A stretch of 64,000 bases of DNA from Acidobacteriota bacterium (GCA_963666215.2 CAXWPL010000001.1:480001-544000), one strand, 5' to 3'; numbered from the stretch's first letter, positions 40,455 through 49,709 are shown. Numbers and translations are program-made. The notes: generated from the sequence alone by a model not told the origin.

Positions 40455-41899
40455 GTGCCGGTCTCCTCGTCGAGGGCCGCTCGCATGATGCCCACCAGCC
40501 GCCGGGCCGTGTCGGCGTTCATCGAGAGGGGTGGCATGAGCACGACGGTGTCACCCCGCGGCCGGAGGATCGCGCCCATGCGACGAGCGGCCAGGCACAC
40601 CCGGTGCCCCATGCGGTCCTCCACGGCGTAGGGCCGGGGCGCTTGCCCCGGCTCGCACCCGGCGACCAGTTCGATCCCGACCATCGTGCCGTACTGGCGT
40701 ACCTCCAGAACGTGGGTGTGCTCCGCGAGCGGCGCCAGTTCCGCCGCCAGGGTCTGCTCCAGCATGCGGGCCGCCTGCAGGAAGGCGGGCTTGCGGCAGA
40801 GCGCGAGACTGGCCTGGGCCGCCGCGCAGGACAGGGCGTTGCCGGTGAAGGTGTGCCCATGGAAGAAGGTCCGGAACTCCTCGTACCGTCCGAGGAAGCC
40901 CTCGTACAGCGCTTCGGTGGTGAGGGTCGCGGCGAGGGGCAGATACCCGCCGGAGAGGCACTTGGCGAGGCACAGGATGTCCGGGCACACGCCCTCGCGC
41001 TCGCAGGCGAACAGGTGTCCACTACGGCCGAAACCGGTGGCTACCTCGTCGACCACGATCAGCAGGCCCGCTGCCCGGGCACGGTCGACCACCGCGCGCG
41101 TGAAGCCCTCGGGATACACCCGGATGCCGGCGGCGCCCTGCACACCGGGCTCCAACACGAGCGCCGCCAGGGTGGGGCCTGATTCCGCGAGCACCTGGTC
41201 GAGGGCTGTGAGGCAGCGTTCGACATCGGCCTGCCGCGAGGCGTCGTCGGGGCCCCGGGGCACGGGCAGCTGGTGGGTGGCGAAGAGCAGGGGCTGGAAG
41301 ATGGCGTGGAAGAGGTCGATGCCGCTCACCGAGACCGACCCCAGGGTGTCGCCGTGGTAGGAGTCCTGGAGGCACAGGAAGCGCGTGCGCCGGCTCTCGC
41401 TGCCCTCGCGCTGGCGCCAGTACTGGAACGCCATCTTGAGCCCCACCTCCACCGCGGTGGACCCGCTGTCGGAGTAGAACACCCGGCTCAGGTCGCCGGG
41501 CGCCACCTCCAGCAGGCTCTGCGCCAGGCGGATGGACGGCTCGCCTCCCAACCCCAGCAAGCTGGAGTGGGCGACGCGGTCCAGCTGCTCCCGGACGGCG
41601 GCGTCGATCTCGGGCACCCGGTGTCCGTGGAGCGCGCACCAGAGCGACGAGACGCCGTCGATGTAGCGCCGGCCATCCGCGTCCACCAGCGTGCAGCCCT
41701 CGGCGGAGAGGATGACGGGAAAGTCCTCCGTGATCCAACCTGCCATCTGGGTGAAGGGGTGCCACATCACGCGCCTGTCCAGCCGCTGCAGCTCGGCATT
41801 CGACGCGGCGGTCGAGTCGACGGTCGAGTCGGGCCCGGACGCCGCATCCGCAGGCAACGTCGATGCATGCGGGCGCGGCCCGGTGCTCGCCGTGCTCAC
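40451..41899 (-). CDS. bioA: DAPA (7,8-diaminononanoate) aminotransferase
   Basis: WHPFTQM, DGVSSLW, SDSGSTAVEV, YHGDT, DEVATGFGRSG, LAKCLSGGYLP, FFHGHTFTGN; GTGA overlap with bioF. Confidence 0.95.
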   Translation of the reverse strand: MSTASTGPRPHASTLPADAASGPDSTVDSTAASNAELQRLDRRVMWHPFTQMAGWITEDFPVILSAEGCTLVDADGRRYIDGVSSLWCALHGHRVPEIDAAVREQLDRVAHSSLLGLGGEPSIRLAQSLLEVAPGDLSRVFYSDSGSTAVEVGLKMAFQYWRQREGSESRRTRFLCLQDSYHGDTLGSVSVSGIDLFHAIFQPLLFATHQLPVPRGPDDASRQADVERCLTALDQVLAESGPTLAALVLEPGVQGAAGIRVYPEGFTRAVVDRARAAGLLIVVDEVATGFGRSGHLFACEREGVCPDILCLAKCLSGGYLPLAATLTTEALYEGFLGRYEEFRTFFHGHTFTGNALSCAAAQASLALCRKPAFLQAARMLEQTLAAELAPLAEHTHVLEVRQYGTMVGIELVAGCEPGQAPRPYAVEDRMGHRVCLAARRMGAILRPRGDTVVLMPPLSMNADTARRLVGIMRAALDEETGT

Positions 41900-43053
41900 C
41901 GGAGTTCCTCCAGGAGCGCGGTCACCACCGACCGACACTCGTCCTCCGTGTGCTCGGCCGTGACGGAGAGTCGCAGGCGGGAGCCGCCCTCGGGAACGGT
42001 TGGCGGGCGGATGGCGGGCACCAGGAAACCCCGCGCCAGGAGTCGCTCGGCGAGGGTTACGGCGCGGGCGTCGGCCCCCACCAGCACGGGAACGATGGGC
42101 GACTCCCCATGGGGTGCCTCCAGGCCGCCCTCCGCCAGCAGCTCCCGCAGGAGGACCGCGTTCCGACGCAGGCGCACGCCTCGCTCCGGCTCGTCCGCGA
42201 GCACCGCCAGGGCCTCCCGGGCCGCCGCAACCACGGGCGGTGGGAGCGAGCAGGTGAAGATGAACGAGCGGCTGGTCTGCACCAGGAGCTCGCGGGTGCG
42301 CTCGTCGGTCAGGACGAACGCCCCGAATGACCCCAGCGCCTTGCCCAGGTTACCCACCTGGATCGCGACCTCCTCGCTCACTCCACAGGCCGCGGCCGCT
42401 CCCCGGCCCTCCGGGCCCACCGTGCCCAGGCCATGGGCATCGTCGATGATCAACATCGCGCCGGCCTGTCGGGCGGCCTCGGCCATGGCCTCGAGGGGCG
42501 CCATGTCCCCGTCCATGGAGTACAGGCCCTCGACGAGCACCAGCACGCGGCGGTAGGAGGAGGCATCCCGCAGCTCGTGCCGCAAGGCCTCCACGTCGCT
42601 GTGGGGCAGCACGCGGACCTCGGCGCGGGAGAGCCGACACGCGTCCACCGTGCTGGCGTGGGAGAGTCCGTCGGACAGGATGAGATCCCCGCGCTCCGCG
42701 AGCGCCGTCGCGACGCCGACGTTCGCCATGTAGCCGGAGGAAAAGACGAGGGCCGCCGGCTGCTGGAAGGTGCTCGCCAGCTCGTGCTCCAGAGCCTCGA
42801 CGGCGGGGTCGTGCCCCGCCAGCAGCCGGGCCGCGCCGCTGCTCGTGCCCGCCGCGTGAGCCTCGCGGGCCGCCGCAGCCGCCAGCCGCGGGTGGCGCGC
42901 CAGACCCAGGTAGTCGCAGGACGCGAAGGACAGCGCCTCCCGGCCGTGCACCCGGACGCGACAGCGCCCGACGCGTTCCGTCGCACGCAGCTCACGCGTC
43001 CGGCCTGCCCGGGCGATGGCCTGCAGGGACACCCCGATGCCGTCCCCGGCCAC
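41896..43053 (-). CDS. bioF: 8-amino-7-oxononanoate synthase
   Basis: FASCDYLGL, FSSGYMAN, SHAS, YSMDGD, DDAHG, LGKALG, AIRPPTVP. Confidence 0.95.
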   Translation of the reverse strand: MAGDGIGVSLQAIARAGRTRELRATERVGRCRVRVHGREALSFASCDYLGLARHPRLAAAAAREAHAAGTSSGAARLLAGHDPAVEALEHELASTFQQPAALVFSSGYMANVGVATALAERGDLILSDGLSHASTVDACRLSRAEVRVLPHSDVEALRHELRDASSYRRVLVLVEGLYSMDGDMAPLEAMAEAARQAGAMLIIDDAHGLGTVGPEGRGAAAACGVSEEVAIQVGNLGKALGSFGAFVLTDERTRELLVQTSRSFIFTCSLPPPVVAAAREALAVLADEPERGVRLRRNAVLLRELLAEGGLEAPHGESPIVPVLVGADARAVTLAERLLARGFLVPAIRPPTVPEGGSRLRLSVTAEHTEDECRSVVTALLEELR

Positions 43054-43057
43054 GGTG

Positions 43058-44128
43058 TCAGCCCTGGCGCAGCGGCGCACCGTCCAGGGTCGCCGTGGCG
43101 GCGGCGGCACGGGGCCGGGGGGAGGCCAGCCGAGCCGCCACGGGGCGGGGCTCCAGGCCCATCCGGGCGATGAGCGCCAGGTCGTCCCGGGCGGGATTGC
43201 CCCCGGTGGTGAGGTAGTCCCCCACCATGGTCGCGCTCGCGCCCGCCAGGTACATGAGCGGCGCCAGCTCGCCGAGCACCACCTCGCGCCCTCCCGCCAC
43301 CATGATGTGGTGGCGCGGCAACATGAACCGGAACACCGCGATGCACTTGAGGGCTTCGAGCGGGGCGAGGGGTTCGAACGTCTCTCCGGCGGGCGTCCCC
43401 TCGATGGGGTTCAGGAAGTTGAGGGGCACTATGTCCGGGTCGACCTCGCGCAGCTCGGCTGCCAGCTCCACCCGCTGCCGGGGTGACTCCCCCATGCCCA
43501 GGATGCCGCCCGAGCACACGTTCATGCCCGCCTCACGCACCAGCTCGATGGTGCGCAGCCTGTCGTCGTGGGAGTGCGTCTCGCACACGTTATCGAAGTG
43601 ACTGGCCGCCGTCTCGAGGTTGTGGTTGTAGGTGTGCAGGCCGGCCTGTTTGAGGGCCGTCGCCACCTCGGGGTCGTCGATCAGGCCCAGGGACGCATCG
43701 GCGTGGACGCGCCCGTCCTCGCTGAGCCGGCGGATCAGGGCGGTGACCCGATCCAGATCCTGCCCCTTGCGGAGACCGCGCCAGGCGGCGACGAGCCCCA
43801 GCGCCTCGGCACCGTTGCTCTCCGCCACGCGCGCCGCTTCCAGCACCTGCTTCTCGTCGATGAGGGCGTACTCCTCGACGCCCGTCGAGAAGCGCGCGGA
43901 TTGCGAGCAGAAGCTGCAGTCCTCCGTGCAGCGCCCGCTCTTGGCGTTGACGATGCTGCACAGGTGCACTTCGTCGCCCACGAAGCGCCGGCGGATGCGG
44001 TCGGCTGCCGCCAGCAGGTCCATGAGCTCGTCGCGGCCCACGTCCGCCATGAGGCGCACGCCCTCCTCGACACCCAGCTCGACCCCCGAGAGCACCTGTT
44101 CGCAACAACGGCCGATGAACTCACGCAT
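43058..44128 (-). CDS. bioB: Biotin synthase
   Basis: NAKSGRCTEDCSFCSQS, YNHNLET, CSGGILGMGE, PLNFLNP.EGTP, GDYLTT. Confidence 0.96.
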   Translation of the reverse strand: MREFIGRCCEQVLSGVELGVEEGVRLMADVGRDELMDLLAAADRIRRRFVGDEVHLCSIVNAKSGRCTEDCSFCSQSARFSTGVEEYALIDEKQVLEAARVAESNGAEALGLVAAWRGLRKGQDLDRVTALIRRLSEDGRVHADASLGLIDDPEVATALKQAGLHTYNHNLETAASHFDNVCETHSHDDRLRTIELVREAGMNVCSGGILGMGESPRQRVELAAELREVDPDIVPLNFLNPIEGTPAGETFEPLAPLEALKCIAVFRFMLPRHHIMVAGGREVVLGELAPLMYLAGASATMVGDYLTTGGNPARDDLALIARMGLEPRPVAARLASPRPRAAAATATLDGAPLRQG

Positions 44129-44170
44129 GGAGGATGCTCCGAGAGGTGTGCGGCGGACGATCAGCAGAGA

Positions 44171-44211
44171 TTGTAACGGACCAGGGTGGCTGGCGCTCCG
44201 TTAAGTTGACA
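44171..44211 (-). promoter_or_regulatory. Candidate bio promoter/operator
   Basis: Inverted repeat TAACGGA-N16-TCCGTTA overlapping a TACAAT -10-like hexamer upstream of bioB. Confidence 0.35.
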
Positions 44212-44590
44212 GTATCGTTCCCACCGTTCGAGCGCCACAATGAAGCGGGCATCGTCGGCTGGGTCGGTTCGCGCTGACACCCACAATTCGGATGCGACAT
44301 GCTCGGCGAACCGCACGTCCGACGTGAGCCACGCTGCCGGCTGCCCGGCGCGCAAGGAGGCGCAGCACCCCAGGTCAAGGAAGCTGCGCGCGCGCGACTC
44401 GCCGAGTCTCGTGCCCGCCAGCGCTCGGAGTCGTCGAGTGGATCCTCACCTCTCCCGACGCGGATTCACGTACCCAGCTCGCCGCAGCCAAAGACGTCCC
44501 CAACCGCAATGGTCTCGCCGCGACCAAGCGCCACGATACCGAGAGCGACAACGTTGATCGAAGTCATGCGTCTTGCGAGCTCCGCGAAGG

Positions 44591-44920
44591 CTGATGCCTC
44601 TCAGGAGCTGCACGGCGGCTGGCAGGCTGCCCTCCTCGACCTTGTCGGCGAGCAGGTCAACAGTGTGAGCCGGTACGGACGTTCACGCGGAGTCCTTTGG
44701 GTCAATGATCACGCGCTCGATGCGCATACTCGGTGGCCCGTCGACTCGCCTCTCCAGCGCGGTCCGCTCCACTCTCCGAGCCGCCGATGAGTCCGGTCGG
44801 TGGTCACCTCACGGCCTGGCCACTCTGAGCGGCCCGGAGACGTCCGTGACCACCGATTGGGAAGGCTAGCCTAGCGCCCCCCCCCCCCGCTGCCGGGGCG
44901 CGGCGTCTCAGGCGTTCGAG
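44591..44920 (+). repeat. Direct repeat B (~330 bp, imperfect), second copy 46451-46791
   Basis: CTGATGCCTCTCAGGAGCTGCACGGCGGCTGG...GAGCGGCCCGGAGACGTCCG shared with small indels. Confidence 0.9.
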
Positions 44921-44963
44921 TCGCCGCCGATACTCCCGATCGCTGATCATCACTAGCCGTAGG

Positions 44964-45110
44964 GTGTCAGTCTGGGCGCGGCCGGGCGGCGCAGTCGTTC
45001 AGATGGAAGAAGGCGAGCAAGCCCACGGCCCACAACTTCTTCCCCGTGGCGAGTGGTTGCTGTTTACGCTGTTGAGCGGCTCCGGCTCGTGGAACGCTGC
45101 GAGCATTGTG
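44964..45110 (+). pseudogene. Kinase-propeller internal fragment
   Basis: EEGEQAHGPQLLPRGEWLLFT..WNAASIV resembles the GEATHRWPSAMPGG..ILYT segment of 20445-23174. Confidence 0.55.
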
Positions 45111-45322
45111 TGCCGCTCGGGCAACGTCCTGGGGCGCGCATGGCGATGGAGAACGACATCACGGTCCTCTATCGTGGTGGCGAGGGCACGACCGACCTGT
45201 TCCTGAGCAGTGGTGTCAGGGTCCTGTTCCGGCATACCTCGACAACCCCCCCCAAGTGAGTAACGTGGTGGCCGTTCAAGCCGGCGACTGGGGAGACCGG
45301 CAGATAACACAAGGAGGATACC

Positions 45323-45772
45323 CTGCGGTATCGAAGAATCATCGCGTCCCTCGTTCTCGCGGGGGTCATCTTGCTACCGGCCGGCTTGGCTTACGCGCAA
45401 GATCCGGGAAGCAACGTCTACGAAGTCGAGGTCACGCGATCGGACGACGTTGTCTTCACCGACTGCTTCCGATTCGGCAATAACCCAGTCAACCCGCCGG
45501 ACAACCCGGTAAGAGATTTCACCGTCGACGGGCTCGGGGACGGCTTCTGGGGATTCCCCGGTATCACCGTCCAGAACAAGTCGAAGGCTTGGCAGGCCGC
45601 GGTGAACAGCGACCCGGCGGTCGGCTACTCCGGCAAGGTCAGCAACGACGACCAGACGATCCGCGGCGATGCGATCAACAACGACATCCCGCACCTGACG
45701 TTCGTTTTCGAAGGCGTGCGCAACAACAAGTGCGCGGTGGCGCGCGAAACAACCGTGTTCTGGACCCAATGA
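45323..45772 (+). CDS. Small secreted beta-strand protein (paralog 1), apparent CTG start
   Basis: AAGGAGG at 45311 then CTG; signal peptide RYRRIIASLVLAGVILLPAGLAYA; two Cys. Confidence 0.7.
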   Translation: MRYRRIIASLVLAGVILLPAGLAYAQDPGSNVYEVEVTRSDDVVFTDCFRFGNNPVNPPDNPVRDFTVDGLGDGFWGFPGITVQNKSKAWQAAVNSDPAVGYSGKVSNDDQTIRGDAINNDIPHLTFVFEGVRNNKCAVARETTVFWTQ

Positions 45773-45792
45773 GAGCGCGCGAGGAGAGCGTC

Positions 45793-46296
45793 ATGAGGAA
45801 CAGCAACGCGCAGCGTCACGCCCAACCGTCTCGTCGGCCGACACCTCCGATGGCTACCAAGCGCGCGGCCATCTGCCTGAGCGCAGCGGTCTGTCTCGTG
45901 CTAGTCGGCGGGATCGCCGGCTTCGACGAGACCGAGTCGGCGAACCCGAGGCCCGCCGGCAAGGTCTACAACGCCCGCTTTGGCCGCTCGTTCGGGACCC
46001 CTTTCTCCGCCTGCGTGCGCTTCGCACGCGAGCCCGGGACCGCCAATGTCCAGTCACTCGGCGACATGTCATGGGACTACCGGGCCAACGGCAAGTGGCA
46101 GATCATGGAACGGTCCCCCGGCAACGGCGGCATCGGGCTGAACATCCACTTCTGGGGTAAGGCAAACGACAACCGCATCAAGGGCCACGCTATCGGCGGA
46201 ACCCAGGGCACCAAGTTCAAGTTCCGTGGCAGGCAGTCCAACAACTGCCGGCCGGCACCCGTGAACCGTGGCAACCCATGGAAAGCTCCTCAGTAG
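45793..46296 (+). CDS. Small secreted/membrane-anchored beta-strand protein (paralog 2)
   Basis: GAGGAG RBS; hydrophobic segment; motifs shared with the upstream ORF. Confidence 0.7.
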   Translation: MRNSNAQRHAQPSRRPTPPMATKRAAICLSAAVCLVLVGGIAGFDETESANPRPAGKVYNARFGRSFGTPFSACVRFAREPGTANVQSLGDMSWDYRANGKWQIMERSPGNGGIGLNIHFWGKANDNRIKGHAIGGTQGTKFKFRGRQSNNCRPAPVNRGNPWKAPQ

Positions 46297-46926
46297 CGGA
46301 ACTGCAGCCGTGTTGTGCGCCGCCCACTGGCGGGGCCTCCGTTACACTCCCCTTCGGACGAGGATGAGTTGACGACAAGCCGCTACCTCGTGCGGGGGCA
46401 TCCTGAAGCGCTGGCAGGTAAGGCAGCACCACGGTTCGGGGGCCGCGGCCCTGATGCCTCTCAGGAGCTGCACGGCGGCTGGCAGGCTGCCCTCCTCGAC
46501 CTTGTCGGCGAGCAAGTCGACAGCTCCGGTACGGACGTTCACGCGGAGTCCTTTGGGTCAATGATCACGCGCTCGATGCGCATACTCGGTGGCCCGTCGA
46601 CGCGACGCTCCAGCGCGATTCGCTCCACAGCAGAGCTTGCGCGGCCGGGGTGACGCTCTCCGAGCCGCCGATGAGTCCGGTCGGTGGTCACCTCACGGCC
46701 TGGCCGCGCTGAGCGGCCCGGAGACGTCCGCGACCGCCGATTCGGGAGGCGCCCCGTCCGCTGCCGCGTGGCGGCGCCTCAGGCCTTCGGGCCGGTCCTA
46801 GACGCGGATACGGCCGGTCGCTCTAGCCTTGGGGGTCAGCTGTCCCAGTCTCCTTGCTTGAAACAAGTGAGTGGCGATGGTGAGTCTCCCCCCGCCAACG
46901 CGGCAGCGTCCCGCTACGCTCACCCC

Positions 46927-47364
46927 ATGCCGATCGACCCCCAAACCCGCCGCCTCATCGAAACCGCCCGCGCCGGCCATCTCGCCACGGCCGACGCCAC
47001 CGGCGACCCCCACCTGATCCCCGTTGTCTTCGTCCTCATCGACGACGCCATCTACATCGCCATCGACGACAAACCCAAGACGACCACCCGCCTCAAACGC
47101 CTCCGCAACATCGAGGCCAACCCCCGCGCCGCCTTCCTCGTCGACACCTACGACGAAGACTGGTCCAAGCTCGGCTGGGTCCTCTGTCGCGGCCCCGCCG
47201 ACATCATCGACTCCGCCCAACACCCCGGCGACGCCCCTCCCCGCGACGAGATCTTGGCAGAGCTCCGCGCCAAATATCCTCAGTACCATGACCACAACCT
47301 CGCCAATCGCCCCATCATCCGTCTGCGGGTCGAGCGAGTGACGAGCTGGGGTTTCGAGAGCTGA
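46927..47364 (+). CDS. PPOX-class F420-dependent oxidoreductase (Rv0121-like)
   Basis: GHLATADATGDPHLIPVVF, IDDKPK, LKRLRNIEANPR, YDEDWSKLGWV, KYPQY; strongly C-rich codon usage. Confidence 0.9.
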   Translation: MPIDPQTRRLIETARAGHLATADATGDPHLIPVVFVLIDDAIYIAIDDKPKTTTRLKRLRNIEANPRAAFLVDTYDEDWSKLGWVLCRGPADIIDSAQHPGDAPPRDEILAELRAKYPQYHDHNLANRPIIRLRVERVTSWGFES

Positions 47365-47505
47365 GTGCGTGTCTCGCCGCTACTCCGCCTGGATCGCCGT
47401 CGCCGTGCTCGCCTTGGGGTGTCCCTCTACTTCTTCCCCCACCGCGCCAGCAGGCCCGGTGTCGCGATCATGTGAAAACGCCAGGAACACATGAAACACG
47501 GGGTC

Positions 47506-47556
47506 CACCTGCTCTGGGAGCAGGGGCCGGAGGTTCATTTCCTCTCACCCCGACCA
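47506..47556 (+). repeat. attR-like copy of the tRNA-Pro 3' half ending in CCA
   Basis: CACCTGCTCTGGGAGCAGGGGCCGGAGGTTCATTTCCTCTCACCCCGACCA. Confidence 0.9.
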
Positions 47557-47588
47557 TTGTTCTGAGGTAGCGGCTTCAGCCGCCTAGC

Positions 47589-48631
47589 TGTGTTTTCTAA
47601 GTAGGTTGTTCACATCGGGGCTCACTTCTGAGATCAATGGGGTTGTTCAAAAGACTCCACGACCTCAGAAGGAGCGCCCGATGCAGCTGCATGGTAACGC
47701 CCGCACGACGCCGTATATACGCCGAGAGATGGTCCGCCGAGTCCGGGAGCGGGCGGAGCCCGTGACGGAAACGGCGGCGGCGCTCGGCGTGTCGGCTCGA
47801 ACGGTTTACAAGTGGCTGGATAGATACGAGCGAGAAGGTGAGGCCGGGCTGCTCGATCGATCAAGCCGGCCGACGTGCTGTCCGCACGCAACAAGCGCTG
47901 GAGTTGTGAGGCAGATCGACAAGCTACGTCGGCGGCGACTGACGGCCTGGCAGATCAGCCGAAGGTTGGCTGTGCCGCGCTCGACCGTCTCGGCGTGGCT
48001 GAAGCGGCTCGGACTCGCCAAGCTTGATGCGCTCGAGCCCAAGCCCGAGATCGTTCGCTACGAGTACGAGCACCCCGGTGACCTACTGCACCTGGATACG
48101 AAGAAACTGGCCCGTATCCGGCGACCTGGACACCGCATCCACGGCGACCGCTCCAAGCGGGCCTACGGCGTCGGCTGGGAGAACGCCCACGTCGCTATCG
48201 ACGATCACTCTCGGGTGGCGTACGTCGAAGTGCTGCCCGCCGAAGACCAACACACCTGCACAGCGTTCCTGCAGCGAGCCGTCGAGCACTTCGCTTCGAT
48301 GGGAGTAGCGGTGCGCCGAGTGATGACAGACAACGGGCCTGGCTACGTCTCGAAGCGCTTCAATCGCCTATGCCATCAACTCGAGATCCGGCACATTTAC
48401 ACCCGGCCCTACACCCCCAGAACCAACGGCAAAGCCGAACGCTTCATCCGCACACTCAAGGAGCAGTGGGCCTACGGCACCTGCTACCAGACCTCAGCTC
48501 GACGTACTCGAGCTCTACGGCCCTGGCTCAACCACTACAATCGTCACCGTCCCCACGCCGGCATCGGCATGACACCGCCGATCGCTCGGCTCTCAGGGGT
48601 GAGTTCGTGAACAACCTACCTAGAACTCACA
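47589..48631 (+). mobile_element. IS481-family insertion sequence, complete
   Basis: IRs TGTGTTTTCTAAGTAGGTTGTTCAC / GTGAACAACCTACCTAGAACTCACA; 6-bp TSD CCTAGC (47583-47588, 48632-48637). Confidence 0.95.
47681..48610 (+). CDS. IS481 transposase
   Basis: HGNARTT, PGDLLHLDTKK, AIDDHSR, MTDNG, PRTNGKAERF, YNRHRPH. Confidence 0.95.
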   Translation: MQLHGNARTTPYIRREMVRRVRERAEPVTETAAALGVSARTVYKWLDRYEREGEAGLLDRSSRPTCCPHATSAGVVRQIDKLRRRRLTAWQISRRLAVPRSTVSAWLKRLGLAKLDALEPKPEIVRYEYEHPGDLLHLDTKKLARIRRPGHRIHGDRSKRAYGVGWENAHVAIDDHSRVAYVEVLPAEDQHTCTAFLQRAVEHFASMGVAVRRVMTDNGPGYVSKRFNRLCHQLEIRHIYTRPYTPRTNGKAERFIRTLKEQWAYGTCYQTSARRTRALRPWLNHYNRHRPHAGIGMTPPIARLSGVSS

Positions 48632-48632
48632 C

Positions 48633-49709
48633 CTAGCGTGCCCAGTGGTTGGAGATCAGGCGCCGCATCTCGGGTGTTGACATCGCGAAATCGCGCGGTA
48701 TGCGGTCGCCTGGAAACCATTTCCACAAGAAGCCCCCGCGCACGCTGGGCTCGTTGGCGACCGCAACCAGAGCCACCTGCATGCAGAGCTGTTGCAGCAG
48801 GTCGGCGTGCTCGCCTCCGACCTGGTTGTTCCAGGGCTCGTAGGGCGCGAGCTCGGACCGGTTGTAGCCGAGCTCGGTGAACACGATTGGCTTGCCCGTG
48901 CGGTCGCCGTAGTTGCGCACCCGGGCCATGATGGCCGCCCATCCGGCCTCGAGCTCCTCGAGCGATGGAGGAACGTCCTGCTCGCCGCGGTCGACAACCG
49001 GGAAGTAGGCCTGGATGCCGATGGCGTCGAGCGCGTCCCAGAACGGCACCCGCTCGTAGTCGGTCCAGTTGGCCGCATACGTGAGCGGGCCGTCGTACTC
49101 ATCGCGCACCGCGGCGGTGATCTCGCGCCACTGCTCCTCGTGGCCGATGGTCCGATCGAGCTCCGTACCCACCACGAAGGCATCGGCGCCCTGGCTGAAC
49201 CTTGCCATCTTGCGAATCCAGGCCAGATAGCTGGTGAAGAAAAGCTCCCACTCTTCCGCCGAGTCGTACGCGATATCGCCGCGCCAGGAATAACTGCCCC
49301 AGTAGGCCAGGTGGGGCTTGATCATGATCTTCAAGCCCTGACGGTGGGCCTCCTCGATGGGCCGTCGTATCCATTCGGGAGCCTCGTTGCTGTCCCCCTC
49401 GCGATTACGCCACGTGACCTCACCCGTGCGATCGATGCGCGCGTACGGATGGATCGCGATCCAGTTCACGCCGATTCCTTTGAGGTCGGCTACCGTCGGC
49501 ACGATCGCATCGCTGCCCCAGTCGCTGCCGCCGCGTGAGGTCGACACTGTCATCCCCTGCATCGCCTCGGCGCCCCAAGGGTGCTGCGCCTCGGCTTGGG
49601 AACCAGGCCGCCAAGCTGCCGCCGGCTGCAGCGCGGCCGATGCCGACTGCAGGCCGACCAGGAGAAAGGTGCCCAGCGCGAGAGCCGAAAGTCCCGACCG
49701 AGGCCTCAT
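48633..49709 (-). CDS. Secreted glycoside hydrolase, GH113-like TIM barrel
   Basis: Signal peptide, IMIKPH, VVGTEL, LTYAANW, IGIQAYFP, VFTELGY; stop codon lies in the IS481 TSD. Confidence 0.8.
   Translation of the reverse strand: MRPRSGLSALALGTFLLVGLQSASAALQPAAAWRPGSQAEAQHPWGAEAMQGMTVSTSRGGSDWGSDAIVPTVADLKGIGVNWIAIHPYARIDRTGEVTWRNREGDSNEAPEWIRRPIEEAHRQGLKIMIKPHLAYWGSYSWRGDIAYDSAEEWELFFTSYLAWIRKMARFSQGADAFVVGTELDRTIGHEEQWREITAAVRDEYDGPLTYAANWTDYERVPFWDALDAIGIQAYFPVVDRGEQDVPPSLEELEAGWAAIMARVRNYGDRTGKPIVFTELGYNRSELAPYEPWNNQVGGEHADLLQQLCMQVALVAVANEPSVRGGFLWKWFPGDRIPRDFAMSTPEMRRLISNHWAR

Larger units (their letters stand above)
38263..47556. mobile_element. Degenerate genomic island integrated in tRNA-Pro
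   Basis: ~51-bp imperfect direct repeat of the tRNA 3' half at 38263-38313 and 47506-47556; recombinase and IS remnants inside. Confidence 0.8.

Noticed and set aside
44201-44216. Second IS6 IR making a composite transposon around bio
   Set aside because: Only a weak match (GATACTGTCAAC), same orientation as the first, with no transposase or TSD
44877-44888. Poly-C tract as a phase-variation site
   Set aside because: Lies in a decayed repeat, not in a gene or evident promoter; homopolymer length is unreliable
47506-47556. Second tRNA gene
   Set aside because: Lacks the 5' acceptor strand and D-arm; mutated loops; treated as an att repeat
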